Assembly (NCBI GenBank): GCA_016840085.1
Contig: JAEOTA010000036.1
Location: 64,001-128,000, forward strand
Direction: 5' to 3'
DNA: 64,000 nt
DNA from: Promethearchaeota archaeon
GTDB taxonomy: Archaea; Asgardarchaeota; Lokiarchaeia; Sigyniarchaeales; SOKP01
This document shows, piece by piece, positions 51,054 to 60,439 of this stretch. Numbering within the stretch: position 1 is the stretch's first letter; each line of letters begins with the position of its first letter. Position numbers and translations under genes: made by a program. The notes beneath the pieces were generated by a model. That model had not been told where the DNA came from and did not search any database. It saw nothing but the letters and a program-made list of their open reading frames with translations.

Positions 51054-52937
51054 TTAAGATATTATTCCTAATTCTTTTAATTTTTCTTCAGTTGGTCTTC
51101 CTGTTTCCCAATCCCATCCACGAATACTATAATACTTCTTCAAATTGTCCTCTAAGTCAAGTTTTACTCCTTTTATTCTTCCTGAGGATAAAATTTTCAT
51201 ATTATGATTAGTTAATCTGTCGTCTTTTCTTGTAATTCCTAAATTACAGCTGATTAAACGTTTCAGATTGTTTATACGCTCCCCAACTTTCATTAGTGAT
51301 TTTCTATCATAATTAAACCCAGTGGCAGCATTAATATATCCGATAATGTGTTCGAGTGAAGGATTTGCAAAATTACAATTCACAGCAGAATCATCAATAG
51401 CTCTAAGATCTTGAAGATTAATAATTCCTCTTTCTCTTCCTTTAATATCATTTCTTCCTTTACTTCTTTTGATACGTAGAACTTGAAAAGTTACATTTCC
51501 TAATTCAGCTCCATACCAATCACATTTATTATGATTCGCACCTACACATCCAGTCATATAACTTAAAGCTTGTCCTGCAAATGCGCGAGGTTCATGCATG
51601 GGTATCTCTAGTCCCTTTACGTGAGCTGCTAATTCAGGATCAACTTCTAACTTATCAGCTATGATTCTCACACCTTCAGCAAGAACCTCACCTATTCCTT
51701 CCCTTTTAACTATTTTTTCAATAAGTTTGCAGACAATTTCACCATTTCCCCACTTAATATCTTCTATTGGAATATTATTTAAGTACTTCTTTATTTTTTC
51801 AATTCCTAGATTATTTTGAACTAAATAAATTAGAAACGCAATTGAGACGCCACAAGAAATAGTATCGATTCCATATTTATTACATAAATGATTTGCAAGA
51901 ATAACAGGTTTTGAATTAAATACACCGCATAAAGTTCCTAATGCAGCAACAGATTCATATTCTGGACCGTCAATTTCAATATCTTTACCATCTATATTAA
52001 TTATTGTTGATTTACCACACTTTATTGTACAACCTACGCATCCATAATTAAAGACAGGATATTTTTCTCTTAGAGTCTTCCCAGTTAAATTTTCGGCAAA
52101 AAATTCTGCCTCTGTAAAATAATATCCTGGTGTATCCCCGTTAACCATCCCCAGATCGAGATACATATTTGTACCATATAAATTAAAAAGTAAGGAACCT
52201 ATATTTGCCATCATATTTTCTTCCTTTTCGAGTTCCTCCTGCTTTCTTAATTTTTTACCGAGTTCATTATCAGCAAGATTAATCCTTTTTGTTCCCTCTA
52301 TTACTAGCGCTTTTAAATTCTTTGACCCCATAAGAGCTCCTAATCCACATCTACCTACTGCTCTTCTCTCATCATTTATTATTGCTCCATATTTCACAAG
52401 GCTTTCTCCCCCAGGTCCAATACAAGCAATCCGAACTTTTGGGTTATTTAATTCATCTTTAATTAGTTTTTGAGTCTCATAACAATCTTTTCCGTTTAAA
52501 TTTGAAGCGTCTCTAAACTCAAATTCCCCATTATGGATATACAAATAAGTTGATTTCTCTGCCTTTCCTGAGAAAACAATAGCATCAAATCCACTATTTC
52601 TCAAGGAGATACAAAACGATCCTCCTGAAGATCCTTCACCCCAAATCCCCGTTAAGGGTGATATACCACTCACAGTATAACGACCTGAAGATGGTCGAAT
52701 AGTGCCTGTTATAGGACCAGTCGCAAAAATTAATGGGTTAATATCTGAATAAGGATTTTCTTTCAATTTATTGTAATCATCTTTTGATAGTAGATCGTAG
52801 ATTATTTTAGCGCTTAAACCTGTCCCTCCTAAGTATTCTTTAGCAGTTTTTGGATCTAAATCTTTTATTTCAAAATTTTTTTTGGTTAAATCAACAAAAA
52901 GGATTTTTCCATTATAACCATATAATTTATCATTCAT
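51054..52937 (-). CDS. aor: Tungsten aldehyde:ferredoxin oxidoreductase family
   Basis: GYNGKILFVDLT, SPLTG, GRCGLGALMGSKNLKA, CxxCxxxC, GPEYE, HVKGLEIPMHEPR. Confidence 0.93.
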   Translation of the reverse strand: MNDKLYGYNGKILFVDLTKKNFEIKDLDPKTAKEYLGGTGLSAKIIYDLLSKDDYNKLKENPYSDINPLIFATGPITGTIRPSSGRYTVSGISPLTGIWGEGSSGGSFCISLRNSGFDAIVFSGKAEKSTYLYIHNGEFEFRDASNLNGKDCYETQKLIKDELNNPKVRIACIGPGGESLVKYGAIINDERRAVGRCGLGALMGSKNLKALVIEGTKRINLADNELGKKLRKQEELEKEENMMANIGSLLFNLYGTNMYLDLGMVNGDTPGYYFTEAEFFAENLTGKTLREKYPVFNYGCVGCTIKCGKSTIINIDGKDIEIDGPEYESVAALGTLCGVFNSKPVILANHLCNKYGIDTISCGVSIAFLIYLVQNNLGIEKIKKYLNNIPIEDIKWGNGEIVCKLIEKIVKREGIGEVLAEGVRIIADKLEVDPELAAHVKGLEIPMHEPRAFAGQALSYMTGCVGANHNKCDWYGAELGNVTFQVLRIKRSKGRNDIKGRERGIINLQDLRAIDDSAVNCNFANPSLEHIIGYINAATGFNYDRKSLMKVGERINNLKRLISCNLGITRKDDRLTNHNMKILSSGRIKGVKLDLEDNLKKYYSIRGWDWETGRPTEEKLKELGIIS

Positions 52938-52960
52938 TCTTTTAAATCACTCCAAATAAT

Positions 52961-54256
52961 TTAAAAATCAATAGTTCTGCCGTCCCAGGCATATTCAAAC
53001 ATTCTTTTTAAAATTTCTTTATCGATATAACGAGAAGATAAGAGAGCTACTGCATCATTTTCAGCATAATTTACTAAGAGATCTAAATTTTTGTGATATT
53101 CCTCCTCATTAATAACAGGATTCTTTATTTCTTTCACACATACTGGGCCATCTAATGAATATATGAAATCTTTAACATTTTGAAGAAATTCAATAAATAA
53201 CTCATCATTATCTTTGTTTTTAGAATCAATTCCAAAAAGAGGGCATAAATCTTTCCACCTTTCTGAAATTTTCGCTTGGAAAGCGATCGTATAAGGTAGA
53301 AACATGCCTACACAGAGTCCATGATGAACCCTGCATACTTTCCCTAAACTATGGCCTAAGGCATGATCAATTCCAACGCGAGAATTACTAAATCCGAGTC
53401 CTGCCATCAATGCTGCTAATTGCATATGTAATCTTGCTTCTATATCTTTTGCTCCATATTTATATGCTCGAGGCAAATATGTTATTATTTCTTTAATAGC
53501 ATATATATTCATGGCATCCGTGAGGGGGTTTCCCCAAGATGATACGTACGCTCCTGCTGCATGAGCTAATGCGTCAAGTCCGGTCGCCATGGTTAAAAAA
53601 GGTGGCATATCTTTTACAAAATCAGTTATTAAAACTGCAAAATCAGGAACTAACTCAGAATGGGCGAGGGCTAATTTTTTCGGAGGATCTCGATTTATGT
53701 CAGTTAACATTGCTGCACTGGTAACTTCAGATCCCGTTCCTGATGTTGTCGGAATAGCTATTAAATATTTAATTTTTTTACGTAAACCAAGGCTTCCAAA
53801 AGGTAAAATCATATATAGATTCGTTTCAGGTTTCTCGTATTTAATCATTACAGCTTTTGCAGTGTCAATTACACTCCCTCCACCAATTGCCACAAAGATT
53901 TTAGGCTTAAAATCTTCACATATTTTTACAGCTTCTTCAATAGTATCAAAAGGAGCCTCTGGTTTCACTCCTGACCATACTTTTGACGACATATTAATTT
54001 TATTTAATTCTTTGCTTATTTGGCTGGCAAATTTCACAGTAAAATCATCAGTTATTATTAAAGCCCTTCTATCTTCTTCTTCAAGACTGGCATCTAAGAA
54101 TCCACTTAACTGATTTAATGCTGCTATTCCAAATAAAATTTGTGCTGTTCGAAAAGATGCCATTAATCCAGCTGGTGCTCGTCCTTTCAATGCACCTATA
54201 AGATCTTTTATCATATCACTTTCATAAAAAGCTATTTGCTCAGGTTCATTTTCCAA
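52961..54256 (-). CDS. Iron-containing alcohol dehydrogenase
   Basis: GGGSVIDTAK, IPTTSGTGSEVT, GLDALAHA, HALGHSLG, HHG. Confidence 0.93.
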   Translation of the reverse strand: MENEPEQIAFYESDMIKDLIGALKGRAPAGLMASFRTAQILFGIAALNQLSGFLDASLEEEDRRALIITDDFTVKFASQISKELNKINMSSKVWSGVKPEAPFDTIEEAVKICEDFKPKIFVAIGGGSVIDTAKAVMIKYEKPETNLYMILPFGSLGLRKKIKYLIAIPTTSGTGSEVTSAAMLTDINRDPPKKLALAHSELVPDFAVLITDFVKDMPPFLTMATGLDALAHAAGAYVSSWGNPLTDAMNIYAIKEIITYLPRAYKYGAKDIEARLHMQLAALMAGLGFSNSRVGIDHALGHSLGKVCRVHHGLCVGMFLPYTIAFQAKISERWKDLCPLFGIDSKNKDNDELFIEFLQNVKDFIYSLDGPVCVKEIKNPVINEEEYHKNLDLLVNYAENDAVALLSSRYIDKEILKRMFEYAWDGRTIDF

Positions 54257-54377
54257 AAAATACCACCTCTTTATTTCTTAATGTATTTTTCGATAAAATG
54301 TTTTATTAAATTAACTCTTCTTAATAAATTTTAATTCCAACAAAAACGAATTATTAAATATTATTATCTTCAAATTC

Positions 54378-55058
54378 TTGAGAAAACTCGATATGAACAC
54401 GTTTATAACTCTTCGGAAGGAAAATGAAAGAGAAATACCTGATAAGTTTAAAAAATATGACTTTCGAATGCCTGAAGCTTTAATTCGGTATTTTTTTAAA
54501 ATTTATACGAAAAACGGAGATAAAGTATTTGACATGTTCGCTGGTCTTGGCACAACCTTAATTGTGGCAGAAGAAATGAACCTTATACCCTTTGGAATTG
54601 AACTGAGAGAGGAATTTTGTGATTATATTAAAACTATATTAATAAATAAAAACAACATTATTCATGGTGATGCACGTAATTTAAACAATTATAATCTTCC
54701 TAAAATGGACTTTTGTATTACATCACCACCATATATGCATAAAGATGATGAAGAATTCGCCCTTTCATCATATACAACTAAAGGCACATATAATAAGTAT
54801 TTACAAGAATTAAGAGAAATTTATGTAAAGCTCAAAACAATTTTAAAACCTGATTGTTATATCATTATCGAAGTTGCAAATCTAAAAAGAAATGAAATCA
54901 CCACTCTCGCATGGGATATTGGAAGAGCAATCTCTAAAGTCTTTCAATTCATAGGAGAAGTTATAATTGGCTGGGAAAAAGAAGAAAGTTCAAAAGAAAA
55001 TGGTACTTATGGGTATGGATATGACCATTCTTACTGTTTAATTTTTAGAAATACTTAA
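54378..55058 (+). CDS. N4/N6 DNA (or RNA) methyltransferase, orphan
   Basis: DMFAGLGTT and ITSPPY motifs; start may be the downstream ATG. Confidence 0.82.
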   Translation: MRKLDMNTFITLRKENEREIPDKFKKYDFRMPEALIRYFFKIYTKNGDKVFDMFAGLGTTLIVAEEMNLIPFGIELREEFCDYIKTILINKNNIIHGDARNLNNYNLPKMDFCITSPPYMHKDDEEFALSSYTTKGTYNKYLQELREIYVKLKTILKPDCYIIIEVANLKRNEITTLAWDIGRAISKVFQFIGEVIIGWEKEESSKENGTYGYGYDHSYCLIFRNT

Positions 55059-55116
55059 ATTTGGAAGAATTAATTAAATTTTTCCTTCTGATTCCATACT
55101 TTAAATAGAGATCATT

Positions 55117-55914
55117 CTAGCGATCATCAGATTTACTTTGTTTATAATCCAGTTCTCTCTTGATGAAATTTATATTCTCTTTAAGAGTATCTGCGATAGG
55201 TTCATCACTCAGATTAAGGTTATCCAAAATATCTATAGCATCTTCAAAAAGTTTTAATGCTTCTGGATATTGAGAACGTTTGTAATACACACCAGGTATG
55301 TTGAAGAATTTAAACGCAATACATTGTATTGCTGTTATTAAAACCCAAATTATTATAAGTATTGTTAATATCCATTCTATTAATGGATTAAGCGTAATTA
55401 AAAGGAGCAATAAAACACCTCCTATAATAAAGCCGTAATATGCTACGTATTTTTTAAAAGCTGGTCCTTTATATAATTTTGATTTAGGGCCTTGATACAT
55501 TAATATACTATAAAGAACAATATATATACCTGATCCAGTAAAAGCTATAACTGCAACAAAAGCGTGAAATATAAGAAAGGCTTCTATGTATGTCTCATCA
55601 GGAATTATACCAACTAAAGCAATACACACACAAGTGAAAACCGATATCCCTGTAGCTAGTCTTCTAATATTGTCTTCTATATTTACTAATTCTCTTTCGA
55701 GATATAGAAAAAATGGGATTAGTAATGACCCAGCTACCACAAAACCAATACTAAATAATGACTTTGCTTGACCTTCCCCTAAAGAACTTACAGCATGTCT
55801 TAATGGAGTATATCCAGGAGTAAGACATGCAGCAATAGGCAATATTATAGCTACAAATAATGTTCCAAAAAAACCAAATAAAACTTCCATCCTAGTTTCC
55901 TTTCTTGATACCAT
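55117..55914 (-). CDS. DUF998-like membrane protein with TPR-like C-terminal helix pair
   Basis: PGYTPLRHAVSSLG, several TM, VYYKRSQYPEALKLFEDAI. Confidence 0.75.
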   Translation of the reverse strand: MVSRKETRMEVLFGFFGTLFVAIILPIAACLTPGYTPLRHAVSSLGEGQAKSLFSIGFVVAGSLLIPFFLYLERELVNIEDNIRRLATGISVFTCVCIALVGIIPDETYIEAFLIFHAFVAVIAFTGSGIYIVLYSILMYQGPKSKLYKGPAFKKYVAYYGFIIGGVLLLLLITLNPLIEWILTILIIIWVLITAIQCIAFKFFNIPGVYYKRSQYPEALKLFEDAIDILDNLNLSDEPIADTLKENINFIKRELDYKQSKSDDR

Positions 55915-56232
55915 TATAATTTAACCTCATTTAATATAGCCTTTTTGAATCTCTAGTTTTTTTTTAATAAAATAATTTGTCAATAAACTTATTAAATTTT
56001 TACTTGATTTGTGTTAATTAAATTTTTTTTGGTGATAGGGAAATACAAAAAAATTTGAAAAAATATCAACCTTTAGTAAATGTTTTAAATAAATATGTAA
56101 TATTCATTAAACATAAAAAATTAAATAAAAAAGAATCATAAAGTCTTAATTAAGAAAAAAGAGCTAAAAATTTTTGTTCAATCTATAATAAAGCTCTAAA
56201 AATTAACATTATTCGAGATATTGTGAAAAATC

Positions 56233-56778
56233 ATGGAAGAAGAATTAAAAGAAAAATTTACATTTAAGGTAACGGTCATTGGAGACGGATTTGTAGGGAA
56301 GACATCTTTAATAAATAAATTTACTCAAGGAGGTTTTCAAGAAGATTACATTCAAACTATTGGAGCTCAATGGTCAAAATTTGAAGAAGAACTTGAGGGA
56401 GATATATGTAAACTATTTTTTTGGGATATAGCTGGTCAAGATGCGTTCCATTTTTTACGACCTGTTTTTTATAAATCAAGTTTAGCAGCTATTATAGTCT
56501 TTTCTATTGAGGATAATGATTTTGGTCAAGAAAGTTTCAAACATGTAGTGAATTGGCATGACGAGATCAAGAAATTTTGTGGTGATATTCCAGTTGTACT
56601 TTTCGGTAATAAATTTGATCTAGTTGATGAAGAAAATATAGATGATGAAAATATTTTAAAATTAGTTGACAAGCGGAACTTTATTGGGTATTATCGAACA
56701 TCAGCAAAAACAGGACATAATGTTGAGGATGCCTTCAAAGCAATAATTAAAGAATTACATGATAGATATAAATCTTAA
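56233..56778 (+). CDS. Rab-like small GTPase
   Basis: GDGFVGKTS, TIG, WDIAGQ, GNKFDL, TSAKTG. Confidence 0.95.
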   Translation: MEEELKEKFTFKVTVIGDGFVGKTSLINKFTQGGFQEDYIQTIGAQWSKFEEELEGDICKLFFWDIAGQDAFHFLRPVFYKSSLAAIIVFSIEDNDFGQESFKHVVNWHDEIKKFCGDIPVVLFGNKFDLVDEENIDDENILKLVDKRNFIGYYRTSAKTGHNVEDAFKAIIKELHDRYKS

Positions 56779-56929
56779 AACTCAGTTTCAATCTCAAAAC
56801 ATAAATTATCCCTAAAAAAATGCAGTTTCTGTGGTAAGAAAATTGAAATAGAGCCATCCTAATTAATATGTTTTAGACATTTTATAGGAGTAATCAAGAT
56901 AAAAAAAAATAAGAAAAAATAATTAATTT

Positions 56930-57516
56930 CTAACTTTTATAGTCTTCAAGAATAGTGCCAAAAAGACGCTTTACAGCATCAATTCGAGTTTCTTCGCCAA
57001 TTTGTTCAACATCTTTCAAGCTAATAGCTTCTTTTGGACAAACTAAGATACACTGGGGTTCCTTTACACCACTTTCCTCATCAATAAATTCTTCTTTCAT
57101 GTTTTCGCAGAGATCACAAACCAATGCTTTTTGAGTATCCAAGTGTAGGCTAATCACGCCAAAATCGCAGGCTCTCTTGCTAATGTACGCGATTTGCTAA
57201 TACATTCTACGCAGAACCCGCAACCATTACATTTATCATCATCTACGATAATAGATCCTGTTTCTGGATTTTGTTCTAAAGCTTTTTCTGGACAACTACG
57301 AATACATGGCGCATCTTCGCATTTTTGGCATGCTAATGCAATATTAAATATTGGTTCGATTCTAACTCTATGAATTCTTGCATTAATAGGGTTAAATTCA
57401 CTATCATGAACAAAAGAACATACTGATTCGCATGTTTCACATCCTGTGCATAAATTCGGGTCAATAACAATGAATTGGTGGACTTTGCCACCTCTCTTTT
57501 TTATTTTACTTGACAT
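56930..57516 (-). CDS. 4Fe-4S dicluster electron-transfer subunit of AOR, join(57516..57208,57175..56930), 184 aa after removal of a 32-nt intron
   Basis: The two track ORFs are halves of one protein in different frames. Removing 57176-57207 gives ...KCNGCGFCV|RACDFGVISLHLDTQKALVCDLC...QCILVCP. The ATG directly follows the AOR stop. Confidence 0.85.
57176..57207 (-). other. Putative 32-nt bulge-helix-bulge (tRNA-type) intron in an mRNA
   Basis: Outer helix GGUUGCGGGUUC/GAGCCUGCGAUU; central helix UGCG/AGCA; bulges UA^G and AG^A; inner helix AAUGUA/UACAUU. The canonical cuts excise exactly the frameshifting insert. Confidence 0.8.
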
Positions 57517-59454
57517 TTACTTTTTCTTACCTCCTGCTGGGGTTAATTTTCCAATTACAAAATCCATACCAAGTTTCTTTAGGGTTGCATCTGTTGGGAT
57601 TCCTGTTTCTTTATCCCATCCTCTTGCTTCATAATATCCACTAAGTAACTTCTGATACCCATCTTCATCTAATGTAACTCCTTTTGCTGGACCTTTCGTA
57701 TGAGGTTCCTTAAAGAATCTTTCAGGCGGATGATCGTCCGCTCTTGTCCAACCCTCCCTGATATTAAAACACTTTGAAAGTGTTACAATCGCATCTCCTC
57801 TTAAAAGCATGGATTCTTCTGTGTGTGGAATGCCTGTGACTAATTCATATACCTTTGCCATTTCTGCGTCAGATTCGTAAATACCTCTCGTAAATTTACA
57901 AATTATATAAGAATCAATAAGAGCATAGACATCTTCTAGCCCCTTAATTGTTTTTCCGCGATCAAGTGGTTTATCATAAGCAAATCTATCAAAAGTACCT
58001 TTGGCATCTAAACCATATGCTCCATTACGTAAGTGGCAAGCACCTCGTATTGAAACACTCTCTCCAACTGCAAAAGAAGTCATACCATGTAAATCAAAAG
58101 CAGGCATCTCTAAACCTTTAATATGCATACCATAATAGCTAGCATTCTTCCGACCCATTTCTTCTAATCTCCTTCCAGCTTCTTTGGTGCCATCACCAAA
58201 AACTTCTCCAGCAAAACCTTTTCCAAGGATCATTTCTTCTGTAAATCGTACTAGATTTTTCGTAGAACCAAAGGGTAATTTATATCCTAAATCTTTTTCT
58301 GTAACAATACCTTCCTCGAAGCATTCCATACACATTGCAGCCGTAACTCCGCCCGAAATAGCGTCGATTCCTAAGTCATCACATAAAGCAACGCATTTGA
58401 ATACCGTAGGCCAGTCATCATTACCACAGGCAGTACCAAAGCTATAACAAATCTCAACATCAATGCTCGCAAATGTGTTTGGCCAATCGGGATGAGTTTT
58501 TGGAATTCGTGCAATATGATCACATGCTATTGAACATTGGGAACAAGCAACTTTTTTCACAACCCAATCAATATTAAGTGTATCACCAGTAAATGTACCA
58601 TCATCAATTTTCTCCCAGGTACCCTCCTGGTGATTACGAATAGGAAACATACCAAGCTTATTATAGCTTGTAATACCTGCGGGCGTCCCTAAATCTCGAT
58701 ACTTCGCGGTTGCTGGGCCATTTGCTACTTTAATCAATTTTTTAGCCTTATTATAGAATTCAACTGGTTTTGCTACTTTGGTACCTTTAGTACCTCTGAA
58801 ACAAATTGCTTTTAAATTTTTAGATCCCATAACAGCTCCCATACCTGTTCTACCAGCCTGACGATTTCTATCATTAGTGATACACGCCAATTTACTCATT
58901 CTCTCACCCGCAGAACCTATTGCTAATACAGCTAGTCGTTGATCTTGAAATTCTTCTCGTAGTAATTCTTCAGTTTCCCAACAACCTTTACCCAACAAAG
59001 TTTTTTCACATGGAACTAAATAATAATCGTCATCATCCACAACCATATAAATGGGTTCAGGAGACTTTCCCTTGATTACAATCATATTAATTCCTGCTCT
59101 ACGAGCTTGGGCCCCTATAGAGCCAGAAGAAATTGACATACCAAACATTCCAGTTAATGGAGACTTTGCAAAAATACCATATTTGGAGCTAGTTGGTAAT
59201 ATTGTTGTTGGAAAAGGACCAATGTTCCATATAAATATATTATCTGGGCCTAATGGGTCAATCCCGGGTTTTAGCTCGTCCCATAATACTTTAGCACCAA
59301 AACCATAACCTCCGATCCAATCACGACAGAATTCATCAGATAATTCAGTTTTATCAATTTTTCCCGTAGTCAAATCAACATCAAGTCTAACTTGAGTATA
59401 TCCTTCAATCTTATCAGGTAAAGTTACTTCTTTAGCCTTACTCATATTTTTCAC
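57517..59454 (-). CDS. aor: Tungsten aldehyde:ferredoxin oxidoreductase family
   Basis: AKSPLTG, GRTGMGAVMGSKNLKA, CSQCSIAC, GIDAISGG, HIKGLEMPAFD, RGACHL. Confidence 0.93.
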   Translation of the reverse strand: MKNMSKAKEVTLPDKIEGYTQVRLDVDLTTGKIDKTELSDEFCRDWIGGYGFGAKVLWDELKPGIDPLGPDNIFIWNIGPFPTTILPTSSKYGIFAKSPLTGMFGMSISSGSIGAQARRAGINMIVIKGKSPEPIYMVVDDDDYYLVPCEKTLLGKGCWETEELLREEFQDQRLAVLAIGSAGERMSKLACITNDRNRQAGRTGMGAVMGSKNLKAICFRGTKGTKVAKPVEFYNKAKKLIKVANGPATAKYRDLGTPAGITSYNKLGMFPIRNHQEGTWEKIDDGTFTGDTLNIDWVVKKVACSQCSIACDHIARIPKTHPDWPNTFASIDVEICYSFGTACGNDDWPTVFKCVALCDDLGIDAISGGVTAAMCMECFEEGIVTEKDLGYKLPFGSTKNLVRFTEEMILGKGFAGEVFGDGTKEAGRRLEEMGRKNASYYGMHIKGLEMPAFDLHGMTSFAVGESVSIRGACHLRNGAYGLDAKGTFDRFAYDKPLDRGKTIKGLEDVYALIDSYIICKFTRGIYESDAEMAKVYELVTGIPHTEESMLLRGDAIVTLSKCFNIREGWTRADDHPPERFFKEPHTKGPAKGVTLDEDGYQKLLSGYYEARGWDKETGIPTDATLKKLGMDFVIGKLTPAGGKKK

Positions 59455-59659
59455 TTAAAATTAATTTTTAAATTTGTATTTGATTGTAGATATTAAAAAT
59501 AAACTATCAAAATTTTAAAGGTTACTTGTTAACCCTAAAAAACACTTTCTTTAAGATTAGTGAAATCATAAATAGGAGTAAGAATGGTTGGTGTTGTTGA
59601 TTAATTTACATAACTGTAAATGTAGTGTTTTTAAAATGAATTTTCTTACTAACTCTTTC

Positions 59660-60106
59660 TTACCAAAATTCGACCTTCAATGTATTTTGAATTGTTTTTA
59701 CTATACTAAAATGGTTTTTATCTGAAGTTATTATAGTAAAATCTCTTGAAATTGCTATTGCACTAAGAATTGCATCAATTAAAGGAATTGGTTTTCCGTT
59801 TAGTTTTAATTTATATAATAACTCTCCAAGAATCTTAGCATCCTCCAAGTTTAAGGAAATTACTCTTTTTTGAGCATCTAGATAATTGACCATTTTATCA
59901 AAAAGCTTTTTCTGAATATTCAATTTTTCAAGACTTTTTTGTTGAAATTCCTGATCTTGAAATCCAATATATATTTCTGAAATCGAATAAGTAGTAAGAT
60001 AGATAGGTTGATTTTTAGAGGATATTGACTGATATTTTTTTACAATTTCTTGTTTTCCGCGTAAAATCGCAATGATAATATTAGTATCAAGTAAAAACAT
60101 TGTCAT
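59660..60106 (-). CDS. vapC: VapC PIN-domain toxin
   Basis: LLDTNIII, SISEI, DAILSAIA, ITSDKNHF. Confidence 0.9.
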   Translation of the reverse strand: MTMFLLDTNIIIAILRGKQEIVKKYQSISSKNQPIYLTTYSISEIYIGFQDQEFQQKSLEKLNIQKKLFDKMVNYLDAQKRVISLNLEDAKILGELLYKLKLNGKPIPLIDAILSAIAISRDFTIITSDKNHFSIVKTIQNTLKVEFW

Positions 60107-60109
60107 CTA

Positions 60110-60352
60110 TTATTTTATATTATTCGTTAAATAAGAGGATCGATAAGATTTTATTAGTTGTTCGATTTCTTCCCACAACTCATTATCATCACTAAAAATA
60201 CCAGAAAATTCTAGTAAGGGATCCTTTAAAAACGGATCTTGCATAGAACAGAGACGAATAATCAAATCTGAATATGATTCATTTTCTTTCTTCAATTTTT
60301 TAAGCATTTTATAAGATTTTTCATTTAACGAGATTGTTTTTTGAGTCATCAT
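60110..60352 (-). CDS. vapB: VapB-family antitoxin
   Basis: KTISLNEKSYKMLKKLKKENESYSDLIIRL; 3 nt upstream of vapC. Confidence 0.88.
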   Translation of the reverse strand: MMTQKTISLNEKSYKMLKKLKKENESYSDLIIRLCSMQDPFLKDPLLEFSGIFSDDNELWEEIEQLIKSYRSSYLTNNIK

Positions 60353-60439
60353 TAGTCTTATATTATTTTAAATATAAATAGATTTCTATTTAGATCTATT
60401 TACCCTAAAAAAATAGAATATAGTAAAAATTTTAAAGTC

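Noticed and set aside
50969-51211. 80-aa plus-strand ORF between hdrA and aor
   Set aside because: Mostly antisense to the AOR 3' end, with low-complexity composition
56800-56900. KKCSFCGKKIEIEPS* zinc-ribbon-like stub after the GTPase
   Set aside because: Too short and without a start; may be a remnant but cannot be supported
57154-57156. UGA ending the 120-aa ferredoxin ORF as a Sec codon
   Set aside because: It is in the out-of-frame tail created by the 32-nt insert, is not at a Cys position, and read-through would not restore the protein
56930-57157. Independent 75-aa gene starting at GTG
   Set aside because: It begins in the middle of a ferredoxin domain; the conserved RACDFG residues lie upstream in the same frame
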